Positions 47,655 through 55,880 of a DNA stretch of 56,930 bases are shown here, piece by piece (positions within the stretch are counted from its first letter, which is position 1; each line of letters starts with the position of its first letter). The position numbers and the translations under genes were made by a program. The DNA is from a virus (lineage: Duplodnaviria; Caudoviricetes). The notes beneath the pieces were generated by a model. The model was not told the origin of the DNA. It ran no database searches and saw nothing but the letters and a program-made list of their open reading frames with translations. The stretch is taken from IMG/VR virus record IMGVR_UViG_3300025267_002563, positions 1 through 56,930 of that record, one strand, 5' to 3'.

Positions 47655-47896
47655 CTCATTTCAACAAAGTAAGTTATGGTTCTTATCGAGAAATGAGAGA
47701 GTGCAAAACTATCTTTCTACAACAAAGCCATGTAGAGGTCTTGAGCGAGTAGGAAGGCAATACAAACCTCCCTTTCTACAATAAAAGTAAGGTAGTGGTC
47801 CTTTACTGAGTAGAGAGAGCCTCCAAACCACCTTTCTCCAACAAAACCAAGTTTTGATGCTTCTTGTGTGAGGGGAAAGTGAGAGCAAAAGCATCA
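47655..47896 (+). ncRNA. Predicted pseudoknot RNA units U10 (47655-47712), U11 (47713-47770), U12 (47772-47831), U13 (47832-47896)
   Basis: PK ATGGTT/AACTAT, GAGGT/ACCTC, GTGGT/ACCAC, TGATGCTT/AAGCATCA; same linkers and CAA. Confidence 0.8.
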
Positions 47897-47955
47897 TTTA
47901 TGGCATGTCTTAGCCATACTAGATTGTTGCAGTCTAATTTGCCGTAGGATTCATC

Positions 47956-48312
47956 ATGGACAATGCAAAACTAATAGAATACAATCTACAGATTAAAGTT
48001 GGATGTCCTAACTGTGATTCAACTTTTGATTTTTTCAACTATGGAATTCCAGAAGAAGTTCCTACATATGTTCTCTGTGAAAATTGCAATATTCCTTTAT
48101 GTGTAAAACCCTTTGAAATTATTATCAAACCCAAAATCTTTGCACCAACCAGTATAATAAAAGAAGCAAAGAAGGTTGTTAGGTCTTACGGCTTTAAAAT
48201 AAAACAAATTAATGAAATTTTAAATGACCTTGATACTACAAGTATGACTCTTGAGACGTTAGTCAAAACAATCCTCTCGAAAGTAGATCAAAATGAATAC
48301 GCTACGACCTAA
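47956..48312 (+). CDS. Zinc-ribbon protein with a RuvA-domain-III-like C-terminus
   Basis: CPNC...CENC; EAKKVVRSYGFK...LETLVKTILSKV; overlaps the start of ruvB. Confidence 0.55.
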   Translation: MDNAKLIEYNLQIKVGCPNCDSTFDFFNYGIPEEVPTYVLCENCNIPLCVKPFEIIIKPKIFAPTSIIKEAKKVVRSYGFKIKQINEILNDLDTTSMTLETLVKTILSKVDQNEYATT

Positions 48313-49198
48313 TAAACTATCAGACATTCTTGGGCAAAAATCGGTAATAGAAGTTCTTAATATTAATATTAAAAGCGCAAAGCATAGAAATGACTGCTTA
48401 CCTCACACTCTTTTCTACGGTCCTCCCGGCACAGGCAAGACTACCCTAGCCACTGCTATGGCTAATGAAATGGGCTGTTCCATTCAAGTAGCTAACGGAG
48501 CTAATCTGCGTAGCATTAAAAATCTCATTCCGTATGTTATGAGAATAGAGGAACATTCTATTTTATTTATTGATGAAATACATCGAATGACAAACATAGT
48601 AGAAGAATTTCTTTATCCAGTTATGGAAGATTTTAAAGTAGACATGTCTATATCTGGCAAAGAAATGTTAGGAGAAATTATGAGTGTTGACATTCCTAAG
48701 TTCACATTAATTGGAGCAACCACAGAATATGGATCTCTTTCTAAACCCTTAATCGATAGATTTGAACATAGACATACTCTCGTGCTATATAATAAAGTAG
48801 AGCTTAAACAAATAATAGATTATAATTCTGAAAAATTGAATCTTAAAATGTCCGAAAAAGCATCAAACTTCGTTACCACAGTATCTCGTGGAACCCCCAG
48901 AACAGCCAATGCTCTGCTTCAATGGGTAAGAGACTATGGAATCGCCCATGGTCTCGAAACACTCTCAGAAGGCGACGTAGAGGCTGCTATGGCTATGAAA
49001 GGAATCGATAGGGAGGGTATGACAAACGTGGATCGTAAGTATCTCAAAGTTTTAAGAAAAAGTGGACAACCCTTGGGAATAAATACAATATGCTCAATTA
49101 TGGGAAGTGATAGAGAAACAATTGAGGGTATAATTGAACCGTGGTTGTTACGCAATAATAAAATCCTTAAAACATCTAAAGGAAGGGTTGTTGTTTGA
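48293..49198 (+). CDS. ruvB: Holliday junction branch-migration ATPase RuvB
   Basis: LRP..L..ILGQ, GPPGTGKTTLA, LFIDEIHR, LYPVMEDF, FTLIGATT, SRGTPRTAN, IEPWL. Confidence 0.93.
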   Translation: MNTLRPNKLSDILGQKSVIEVLNINIKSAKHRNDCLPHTLFYGPPGTGKTTLATAMANEMGCSIQVANGANLRSIKNLIPYVMRIEEHSILFIDEIHRMTNIVEEFLYPVMEDFKVDMSISGKEMLGEIMSVDIPKFTLIGATTEYGSLSKPLIDRFEHRHTLVLYNKVELKQIIDYNSEKLNLKMSEKASNFVTTVSRGTPRTANALLQWVRDYGIAHGLETLSEGDVEAAMAMKGIDREGMTNVDRKYLKVLRKSGQPLGINTICSIMGSDRETIEGIIEPWLLRNNKILKTSKGRVVV

Positions 49199-49689
49199 AT
49201 ATCTTTGCATTGTCGGTTAATCCAAGGGAAGCGGCGATATGGCATGTTGATAAACATATAGTCAAGATGCCACTGGAAACCGCTCAAATTCTCTGTACGG
49301 TACGTCGAAGGTATTATCATGACGAAACCGCTCCGTATAAAGCTACCCATCAGAATCATCCATGCTGTGAGTGGGCATCTAAAAGTGTACAAAATTATGT
49401 CTGGTTGTGTATATTAGGAATAGAGTTATGTAAAGAATACACATATCGCTATAACAAAACTCACAAATGTCAAGCAATTATTGAGGAATGCCTAGAGAAA
49501 ATCCCCAAGAAAATGCAGAACACCGGACGAACACGTTTCGTTCAAGCAATGCCAAATCATTGTAAAATGGACGATTCGGTCTTAGCATATCAAAATTATT
49601 ATATTAAAGAAAAATCACACCTCGCTGGCTGGCGCAACCGAGAAATCCCTAACTGGTGGTCTACGTGCATACCTATAGAGCAAAAGTAA
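49195..49689 (+). CDS. Pyrimidine-dimer DNA glycosylase / T4 endonuclease V-related protein
   Basis: MNIF..S..P..AA..H.DKHIVKMPLETAQIL...H.NHPC..W...EYTYRY.K.H. Confidence 0.7.
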   Translation: MNIFALSVNPREAAIWHVDKHIVKMPLETAQILCTVRRRYYHDETAPYKATHQNHPCCEWASKSVQNYVWLCILGIELCKEYTYRYNKTHKCQAIIEECLEKIPKKMQNTGRTRFVQAMPNHCKMDDSVLAYQNYYIKEKSHLAGWRNREIPNWWSTCIPIEQK

Positions 49690-49967
49690 AAAGAGTTGTT
49701 GATGGAGATACCGTAGATTTTGACGTTGATCTTGGATTTCATATAAGTATTAGCATACGCACAAGACTTTTAGGGGTTGATACTCCTGAAAGAGGTCATC
49801 AAGATTTTGCAAAAGCGACAAATGTTTTAATAGATTTACTTAGTACACGCACAAATGAGGAAGGCTATATTATGATAAAAACAGAAAAAACAGGTAAATA
49901 TGGACGATGGTTGGTAGATATAGAAGGAGTCAACGAATCTCTAGCGAAAGTATGGCCCTATGAGTAG
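49656..49967 (+). CDS. Thermonuclease (SNase-like)
   Basis: RVVDGDT, RLLGVDTPE, GKYGRWL. Confidence 0.9.
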   Translation: MVYVHTYRAKVKRVVDGDTVDFDVDLGFHISISIRTRLLGVDTPERGHQDFAKATNVLIDLLSTRTNEEGYIMIKTEKTGKYGRWLVDIEGVNESLAKVWPYE

Positions 49968-50148
49968 TATTACGAAACAAATTCAGACAGTAGAAGATAC
50001 GTTATATGATGTTGAAATTGCTATGGATGTTGCAACAACCACTAAAGAACAAAATGAGTTAGGTAGGAAAAAAACCAAGCTCACAAAGAAAATTAAGAAA
50101 TTGCAAAGAAAATTAACTCATGAAAATAGTAGTAGCCTACGATCTTAA
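49960..50148 (+). CDS. Small coiled-coil protein
   Basis: Overlapping start and stop with neighbours. Confidence 0.55.
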   Translation: MSSITKQIQTVEDTLYDVEIAMDVATTTKEQNELGRKKTKLTKKIKKLQRKLTHENSSSLRS

Positions 50149-50593
50149 CAAAACAATAGGAATTGACGGCAAGCTACCATGGCATCTTAGTAAAGATTTT
50201 AGATTTTTCCAACAGCTTACGTTACATAAAACCGTCATAATGGGAAGGCATACGTGGGAAAGTTTACCAATTAAACCTTTGCCACATCGAAGTAATATTG
50301 TCCTAGCGAACGACAACCATTCTCTTAAAATGCGCCAAGAATATCCAGACATAAGCACCTTTCCTAGTTTAGAAAAGGTTTTACCATATACCGACAAAAA
50401 CACATTTATTATAGGAGGTAGTCAGGTATATCGAAAGGCACTGGAGATTGATTGTATTGATGAGATATATATAACTCTACTGCCACAGATATATAACGGA
50501 GATTGTTTTTTTCCATCGGTTCAAGGGAATTGGATTCTTAAGGAGAGGTGGGAAGAAGATTATTATTACAGATTTAGATTAATAAAGGAGTAA
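50120..50593 (+). CDS. folA: Dihydrofolate reductase
   Basis: IGIDGKLPWHLSKDFRFF, VIMGRHTWESL, PLPHRSNIVL, IIGGSQVY, GDCFFP. Confidence 0.93.
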   Translation: MKIVVAYDLNKTIGIDGKLPWHLSKDFRFFQQLTLHKTVIMGRHTWESLPIKPLPHRSNIVLANDNHSLKMRQEYPDISTFPSLEKVLPYTDKNTFIIGGSQVYRKALEIDCIDEIYITLLPQIYNGDCFFPSVQGNWILKERWEEDYYYRFRLIKE

Positions 50594-50597
50594 CATT

Positions 50598-50996
50598 ATG
50601 AAGAAATTGATTTTAGCCCTTAGTATTTTAACCGTATTTGCATGTACAACGGTAGTGTCTGGACAGCTATTCAAGCCATCAAAGCCACTCAAGTCTATAC
50701 TGGTTACTGAAACAACTGAAACAACTGAAACTACAGATCAGACCATTACGATTATCGAGCAAAGAACAAAATGTGGCTGCGTTCCACTGAGATGTACCTG
50801 TGCTATTCTTAAATGTGCTGGTTGCGGACTCGACAACACAGTTCAAATTATTCGGGGTAGACCACTTCGTAGATTGCTCAGACAAATTCAGGAAGACCAA
50901 CCAGTTCAGCGAGTACGTGGTGGTCTTAGAAATTTACTGGGCTTAGAGCCTGATATTATTATTGTTGAAAGCATTACAGAGGAGCAAGAATCATGA
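50598..50996 (+). CDS. Secreted hypothetical protein (Cys cluster)
   Basis: AAGGAG RBS; signal peptide. Confidence 0.65.
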   Translation: MKKLILALSILTVFACTTVVSGQLFKPSKPLKSILVTETTETTETTDQTITIIEQRTKCGCVPLRCTCAILKCAGCGLDNTVQIIRGRPLRRLLRQIQEDQPVQRVRGGLRNLLGLEPDIIIVESITEEQES

Positions 50997-51391
50997 AAAC
51001 AATGTTTATTTTATTAAGTTGTATTATAATGTGTACTGTAGGAATAAAAAACGCAGAAGGTTGGTGGACGACTCACACTGAATCAATTGGTCCTACTTCT
51101 GCGCCCGTGTCACCGTGGGCTCCCAACAAGCCGAATAATGTAATCGTTAAGCGTCCAAATATTGCAGTTACCGAAACAGCCTCTAAATATAAGAAAAATC
51201 AACCATATCCTCAACCCAATAGGGGGATTATCAAACGTCCTGTTCCACTGGAAGATAGAAAAACTCTTCCATACCAAGAGCTTCCTTACGTAACGCCATC
51301 GTTACTTCGTATTGAAAAAATGCCCTATTACGAAACAATACCCTACAGTCCGTTTATTCCCCACTTTGCCATTAACGATAGAAGTCACTAG
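50993..51391 (+). CDS. Secreted Pro-rich hypothetical protein
   Basis: GAGGAG RBS; signal peptide. Confidence 0.6.
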   Translation: MKTMFILLSCIIMCTVGIKNAEGWWTTHTESIGPTSAPVSPWAPNKPNNVIVKRPNIAVTETASKYKKNQPYPQPNRGIIKRPVPLEDRKTLPYQELPYVTPSLLRIEKMPYYETIPYSPFIPHFAINDRSH

Positions 51392-51394
51392 ATT

Positions 51395-51709
51395 ATGATC
51401 AAACTGTATGATTGGGTACAAAGGACAAAAACCCCTTTGGTTGGTAGCGAGCCATTCGACTGATACCCTTGGTCTATTGCACAGGTTGTGCAAATTTATC
51501 CAGATAGTATTAATGTGGTTTTTGCGTGTAAGTGTATGACTCATGATGAAACTGGCTGGAAATGCTGGAAGAACGGTGAGTATGAAAAGCTCAATGTAAA
51601 TACCCTTGAAAACAAATTACAAGAACACACACTACATTGCCCTTATAAAGGAACTACTAATGAAATTAAAACGTGGACAAAAAAGATGCAAGAGTTGCAA
51701 AAGTATTAA
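51395..51709 (+). pseudogene. Reading frame interrupted by one in-frame TGA (51461-51463); the track shows only the distal part, 51488-51709
   Basis: MIKLYDWVQRTKTPLVGSEPFD-TGA-YPWSIAQVVQIYPDS in one frame. Confidence 0.4.
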
Positions 51710-52082
51710 TGCGTCTAGACAACGCATCTGTATCAATTGTAACAAATCATTTCACGTTAAAAACAAACCGATTAAAAATGAAATTAAAGATTGGCAAAAT
51801 TTAGAACCGGGAGAAGCTTTTAGAGTAGTCAACGGAACTGGTCCCTACTATGTTTTAAACAGAGATTGTGGAGAAGGTCAAATTGGCGATAGACTATTTA
51901 CAGGAGCAAAGGGACGTTACATTGTTAAAGAAATAACCGATACAGGAATTGATGCTTGGAGTGTGTCTAAATTTGGGACATCTGGATATGCATTTGTTTA
52001 TATGGGTAAGCCTGATTATTGTGAAAAATTAAATATACATAGGCGACCACATAGAATTGTTAAAATTAATATAAATCGTTAA
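51660..52082 (+). CDS. Zinc-ribbon-containing hypothetical protein
   Basis: CKSC...CINC; AAGGA RBS. Confidence 0.7.
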   Translation: MKLKRGQKRCKSCKSINASRQRICINCNKSFHVKNKPIKNEIKDWQNLEPGEAFRVVNGTGPYYVLNRDCGEGQIGDRLFTGAKGRYIVKEITDTGIDAWSVSKFGTSGYAFVYMGKPDYCEKLNIHRRPHRIVKININR

Positions 52083-52092
52083 GGAGAATCAC

Positions 52093-52692
52093 ATGGCTGT
52101 AACAGCTACTGCTACCCCATCATTAAATATTTCTTACAGTATTGTCGATACCAATACAGATACAAGTTTTACTGAATCGGCAGTCATTGGATATACCACA
52201 TTAACGTATGATAACGGTACGGGAGTAGGGGAAATTAATGCAGGCGTTTCGACCACTGGTACTTTGCCAAGTGGTGGAACTGGTGTATTTGATTTCAATA
52301 ATTACACAAAGAATCTATTTAATAGTACTATGACCATGAATTTTGCCTCTAAGGGGTCTGTTGCATCTCCTAGCAATCCTGAATATGGAATCAAAGGTAT
52401 TATTATAACAAATACGTGGTCTATCACTGGCACCGGTGCTATAGCCACGGCAGATTTTCCATATTTTACCATTGCCGCTACCGGCATAGACGGTTTTAGT
52501 GGTTTGTTTAATAGTGAATCTGGTAATATAAAAATTGTACCCACGGGAACTTGGGCTTATATGGATTATATTGGCAAAACGCCTATCTACAATGTAGATA
52601 CTAACACATATAATAATAAAATCTCTCTAATTGATTCTGGATCGGGAGTGCCATATGAAATATTGGTTGTAGGAGTAACCGGAACAAATTAA
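52093..52692 (+). CDS. Gly/Thr-rich hypothetical protein (virion-like)
   Basis: AAGGAGA RBS; composition. Confidence 0.65.
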   Translation: MAVTATATPSLNISYSIVDTNTDTSFTESAVIGYTTLTYDNGTGVGEINAGVSTTGTLPSGGTGVFDFNNYTKNLFNSTMTMNFASKGSVASPSNPEYGIKGIIITNTWSITGTGAIATADFPYFTIAATGIDGFSGLFNSESGNIKIVPTGTWAYMDYIGKTPIYNVDTNTYNNKISLIDSGSGVPYEILVVGVTGTN

Positions 52693-52713
52693 GACTATAG
52701 GAACGGCAGCTAC

Positions 52714-53619
52714 ATGTCTCAGGAATATATCCATCTTGACGATCAAAGCATACAAACTGGTGGAACGAGCTTAACCAGTGTTGCTATTTTGGAAGATAGA
52801 ATAGATAATATACTATCGTTTTCGTGCAAAGACCTAACTGTCGAGCAAGTCAAACAACATCGCAATAAAATATGGATCATAGGAAATATAACAAATCTAT
52901 ATCGTTTAGATCCTAATCTCATCAAGGAACTCTTCTCACACAATTCCTTTATAAAAATAGAATTTGATTATAATTTCTGTCCTTACAGAGGAGAGATTCC
53001 TCATCAAAAATTAGCCAATCAACCGTGCAAGTGTCCGCACGAGATCATTCTCAACCCTGTGATGTCATCGACATACGATCTGATTATCAAAAATGCAAAG
53101 CACTGTTTTTTCATGTCAGAGAGACAGAGAGCAACCTATGCAATACATATGCCCCTAATGAGGTTTGATAAAACTTCTGTATTGTCATCTTGTTTTACAA
53201 AAGATTCTTTAGATCTTATCGAAATACATGCTCTTAATCATAAAAACGACCAATATGCTATACTGGAGGGATATGGAGGATGGCATAGTCAAGCTAAGGG
53301 CGTAACAGAAGCAAAGAATTTTTGTGTTACAAACAATATTCCGTATCAGATCTTACCTAATCAACCATATGAGAATCATATTAAAACTCTTTCTAGATTC
53401 AAAGGGCTGGTGTTTATGCCTATTATTGATGATACCTGTCCAAGATGTGTGATTGAAGCCAAATTGCTTGGTCTCGACATTATAACAAATGTAAATTCTC
53501 AACATACTACAGAAGGTTGGTGGAATTCTACAAGAGAGGATATAAAAACATACTTAGAACATAGACCCAAACACTTTTGGAGCGTGTTAGATGAAAATTG
53601 CCATATTGATGCCAGCTAG
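52714..53619 (+). CDS. Putative glycosyltransferase (GT-B-like C-terminus)
   Basis: GLVFMP..DDTCPRCVIEAKLLG; located in the sugar cluster. Confidence 0.55.
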   Translation: MSQEYIHLDDQSIQTGGTSLTSVAILEDRIDNILSFSCKDLTVEQVKQHRNKIWIIGNITNLYRLDPNLIKELFSHNSFIKIEFDYNFCPYRGEIPHQKLANQPCKCPHEIILNPVMSSTYDLIIKNAKHCFFMSERQRATYAIHMPLMRFDKTSVLSSCFTKDSLDLIEIHALNHKNDQYAILEGYGGWHSQAKGVTEAKNFCVTNNIPYQILPNQPYENHIKTLSRFKGLVFMPIIDDTCPRCVIEAKLLGLDIITNVNSQHTTEGWWNSTREDIKTYLEHRPKHFWSVLDENCHIDAS

Positions 53620-54307
53620 AAATTCTGCGAAGACTATAAAAAAATCTCTAGACTCCATTGTTGGCCAAACCTTTTTTCAGAACCCGAATAATACTTACGA
53701 TATATATTTAATTGACAATATGTCGGATGATGAACTGGGCAGTGAAAGTACTGCTAGAGAATATTTACGAGATTATAAAAACATAATTTATATGCAGTGT
53801 GAGATATTAGGTATTGGGCCACCATTAAACATGGGTATTTTTTCCATAATGCAAGACAATGAGATAGAATATATCTTTAGGTTAGATCCTGATGATATAT
53901 GGCTTCTAGATAAAGTACAGCTTCAAGCAGAGTTTCTATCTAACAATAAAGACATAGACATTTGTGGAACAGGTATGAATTTTGTAGATTTAAATGGTCA
54001 TTTTATACAGAAGATACTTTACTGGGAAAAGGACACAGATATAAAACAAGCATTACTCAATGGTTGTAATCCTATTGCACATCCTTCGGTTGCATATAAG
54101 AAAAAAATATTTTTGTTTTGTGGAGGATATAATCAATTCTATGAAGGTGCTGAAGATTTAGACTTATGGATTAGATGTAGTAAGAAGTTTAAGTTTTATA
54201 ATATTCAAAAGCCATTAGTAAACTATTCGTTTAATCCTAAGTCTCAGACAGATCGTAAGAAACAAGCTGAAAAACTACATAGTAAAATGATTAGCTGGTA
54301 TGAATAA
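53591..54307 (+). CDS. Family 2 glycosyltransferase
   Basis: ILMPARN, IDNMSDD, RLDPDD, HPSV, AEDLDLW. Confidence 0.9.
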   Translation: MKIAILMPARNSAKTIKKSLDSIVGQTFFQNPNNTYDIYLIDNMSDDELGSESTAREYLRDYKNIIYMQCEILGIGPPLNMGIFSIMQDNEIEYIFRLDPDDIWLLDKVQLQAEFLSNNKDIDICGTGMNFVDLNGHFIQKILYWEKDTDIKQALLNGCNPIAHPSVAYKKKIFLFCGGYNQFYEGAEDLDLWIRCSKKFKFYNIQKPLVNYSFNPKSQTDRKKQAEKLHSKMISWYE

Positions 54308-55049
54308 CTTTGTGACTGTCAGGACTGAGGGAGGGCTAGGGAATATACTGTTCCAAGTTGCCACAGGATATTCTTATGCTAAAAGAACTAATAAAGACTT
54401 TATATTATTTGATGCTCTAAATACAATGTCAAGCCATGAACATATGGTAAGTTTTTATAACAATCTATTTCGAAACATATCAAGAAACTCACAGCCTCTA
54501 TCATCTACTGTTAATATATATAGAGAACCAAGTTTTCAATATAATACAATTCCTATAATAGATGACAGTGTCTTACTAGATGGCTATTATCAATCGGAGA
54601 AGTACTTTCACGATTACCGACAAGAACTGTTTGAGCTTTTTGATATACCTCAAAATACACAGGGCGTCAAGGCTTGTTCAATACACATCAGAAGGGGAGA
54701 CTATTTACAAAAAGCAAATTTCCATTCTGTATTAGATATGGATTATTATAATAGAGCGATGGGTATTATAAATGCCGATAAATACATCATAGTTTCAGAT
54801 GATATAAACTGGTGTTTTGAACAATTTAAAGGTAGTCAATTTGATTTTTCTAATCATACATCAACCTATCAAGACTTAATATTGATGAGTAATTGTGCTG
54901 ATAATATCATTGCTAATTCAAGCTTTAGTTGGTGGGGTGCTTGGATGAATAGAAATATTAATAAAAGAGTTGTTGCTCCAGCTAAATGGTTTGGAAGTTT
55001 GGGTCCGTCAAAACATGATTTATACGTATCAGATTGGATAATAATATGA
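54300..55049 (+). CDS. Alpha-1,2-fucosyltransferase (GT11)
   Basis: GGLGNILFQ, GYYQSEKYF, IHIRRGDY, IIANSSFSWWGAW. Confidence 0.92.
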   Translation: MNNFVTVRTEGGLGNILFQVATGYSYAKRTNKDFILFDALNTMSSHEHMVSFYNNLFRNISRNSQPLSSTVNIYREPSFQYNTIPIIDDSVLLDGYYQSEKYFHDYRQELFELFDIPQNTQGVKACSIHIRRGDYLQKANFHSVLDMDYYNRAMGIINADKYIIVSDDINWCFEQFKGSQFDFSNHTSTYQDLILMSNCADNIIANSSFSWWGAWMNRNINKRVVAPAKWFGSLGPSKHDLYVSDWIII

Positions 55050-55876
55050 GCGTGTTAATACTAGGAAAGGGATATATAGGAACCTTGGTGTCGCAAGAAC
55101 TAGGATGTCAGATTAAATCTCAAAAAGAATTAGAATATACAGTTGCAGAAAACTTAACCGATTATCTAAATAAGAACAATATTACTTGGGTAGTCAACTG
55201 TTTTGGTTTTACAGGAAATCCCAATGTTGATCAGTGTGAACAGAACATAGATTATAAAATAAAAACATGGGAGTATAACGTGCAGGTTCCTTTAATGTTG
55301 GCGACCGTTTGTAAACAATTATCTATTAACTTTGTCAACATCAGCTCTGGATGTATTTATAATGGTTATGAGAAAGATTTTACAGAAGATGATCCATCAA
55401 ATTTTGGTGTGTGGAATAAAGAATCTAGTTATTATTCAAAATCAAAACATGCTTGTGAATTAAATTTAACAAATTTTGATTGTTATCAGTTAAGGATAAG
55501 AATACCATTTTGTTCCAGAAATGAACGTAAAAACTATCTATCTAAATTATATAATTTTACTAAGGTAATCCCAGACAATAACTCGATCACTAATGTCTAC
55601 GATTTAAGTCAATTTATAAAACGGTTGATACATAAAAAACCAGAAGCTGGTATTTATAATGTAGTAAATGAAGGTAAAACAAATGGAGTAGAGGTTAAGT
55701 CTATGTTGGGATTTTACGAAACAGATATCGTATCAGAATCCTATCTTAATTTAAACTGTAAAAGATCAAACTGTGTCCTATCTACACAAAAAATAACGCG
55801 ATTAGGATTACAACTACCCCCAGTCGAAGAAAGTTTAGAACGAGATATAGCACAGTTTTTTATAAATAGGTCTTGA
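55046..55876 (+). CDS. RmlD-like NDP-sugar reductase/epimerase
   Basis: LGKGYIG, GFTGNPNVDQCE, SSGCIY, YSKSK. Confidence 0.8.
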   Translation: MSVLILGKGYIGTLVSQELGCQIKSQKELEYTVAENLTDYLNKNNITWVVNCFGFTGNPNVDQCEQNIDYKIKTWEYNVQVPLMLATVCKQLSINFVNISSGCIYNGYEKDFTEDDPSNFGVWNKESSYYSKSKHACELNLTNFDCYQLRIRIPFCSRNERKNYLSKLYNFTKVIPDNNSITNVYDLSQFIKRLIHKKPEAGIYNVVNEGKTNGVEVKSMLGFYETDIVSESYLNLNCKRSNCVLSTQKITRLGLQLPPVEESLERDIAQFFINRS

Positions 55877-55880
55877 AAAC

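Noticed and set aside
45346-47896. Calling the locus a CRISPR array or a TIGR-Tas system
   Set aside because: There are no identical direct repeats with 25-40 nt spacers and no cas1/cas2. The protein has a TnpB-type RuvC/zinc ribbon rather than a Nop domain, and I see no box C/D motifs.
46255-47897. Minus-strand and alternate-frame ORFs (46255-46461, 46818-47042, 47218-47493, 47273-47545, 47471-47659, 47709-47897)
   Set aside because: They overlap the TnpB-like gene or the RNA units and have no recognisable motifs.
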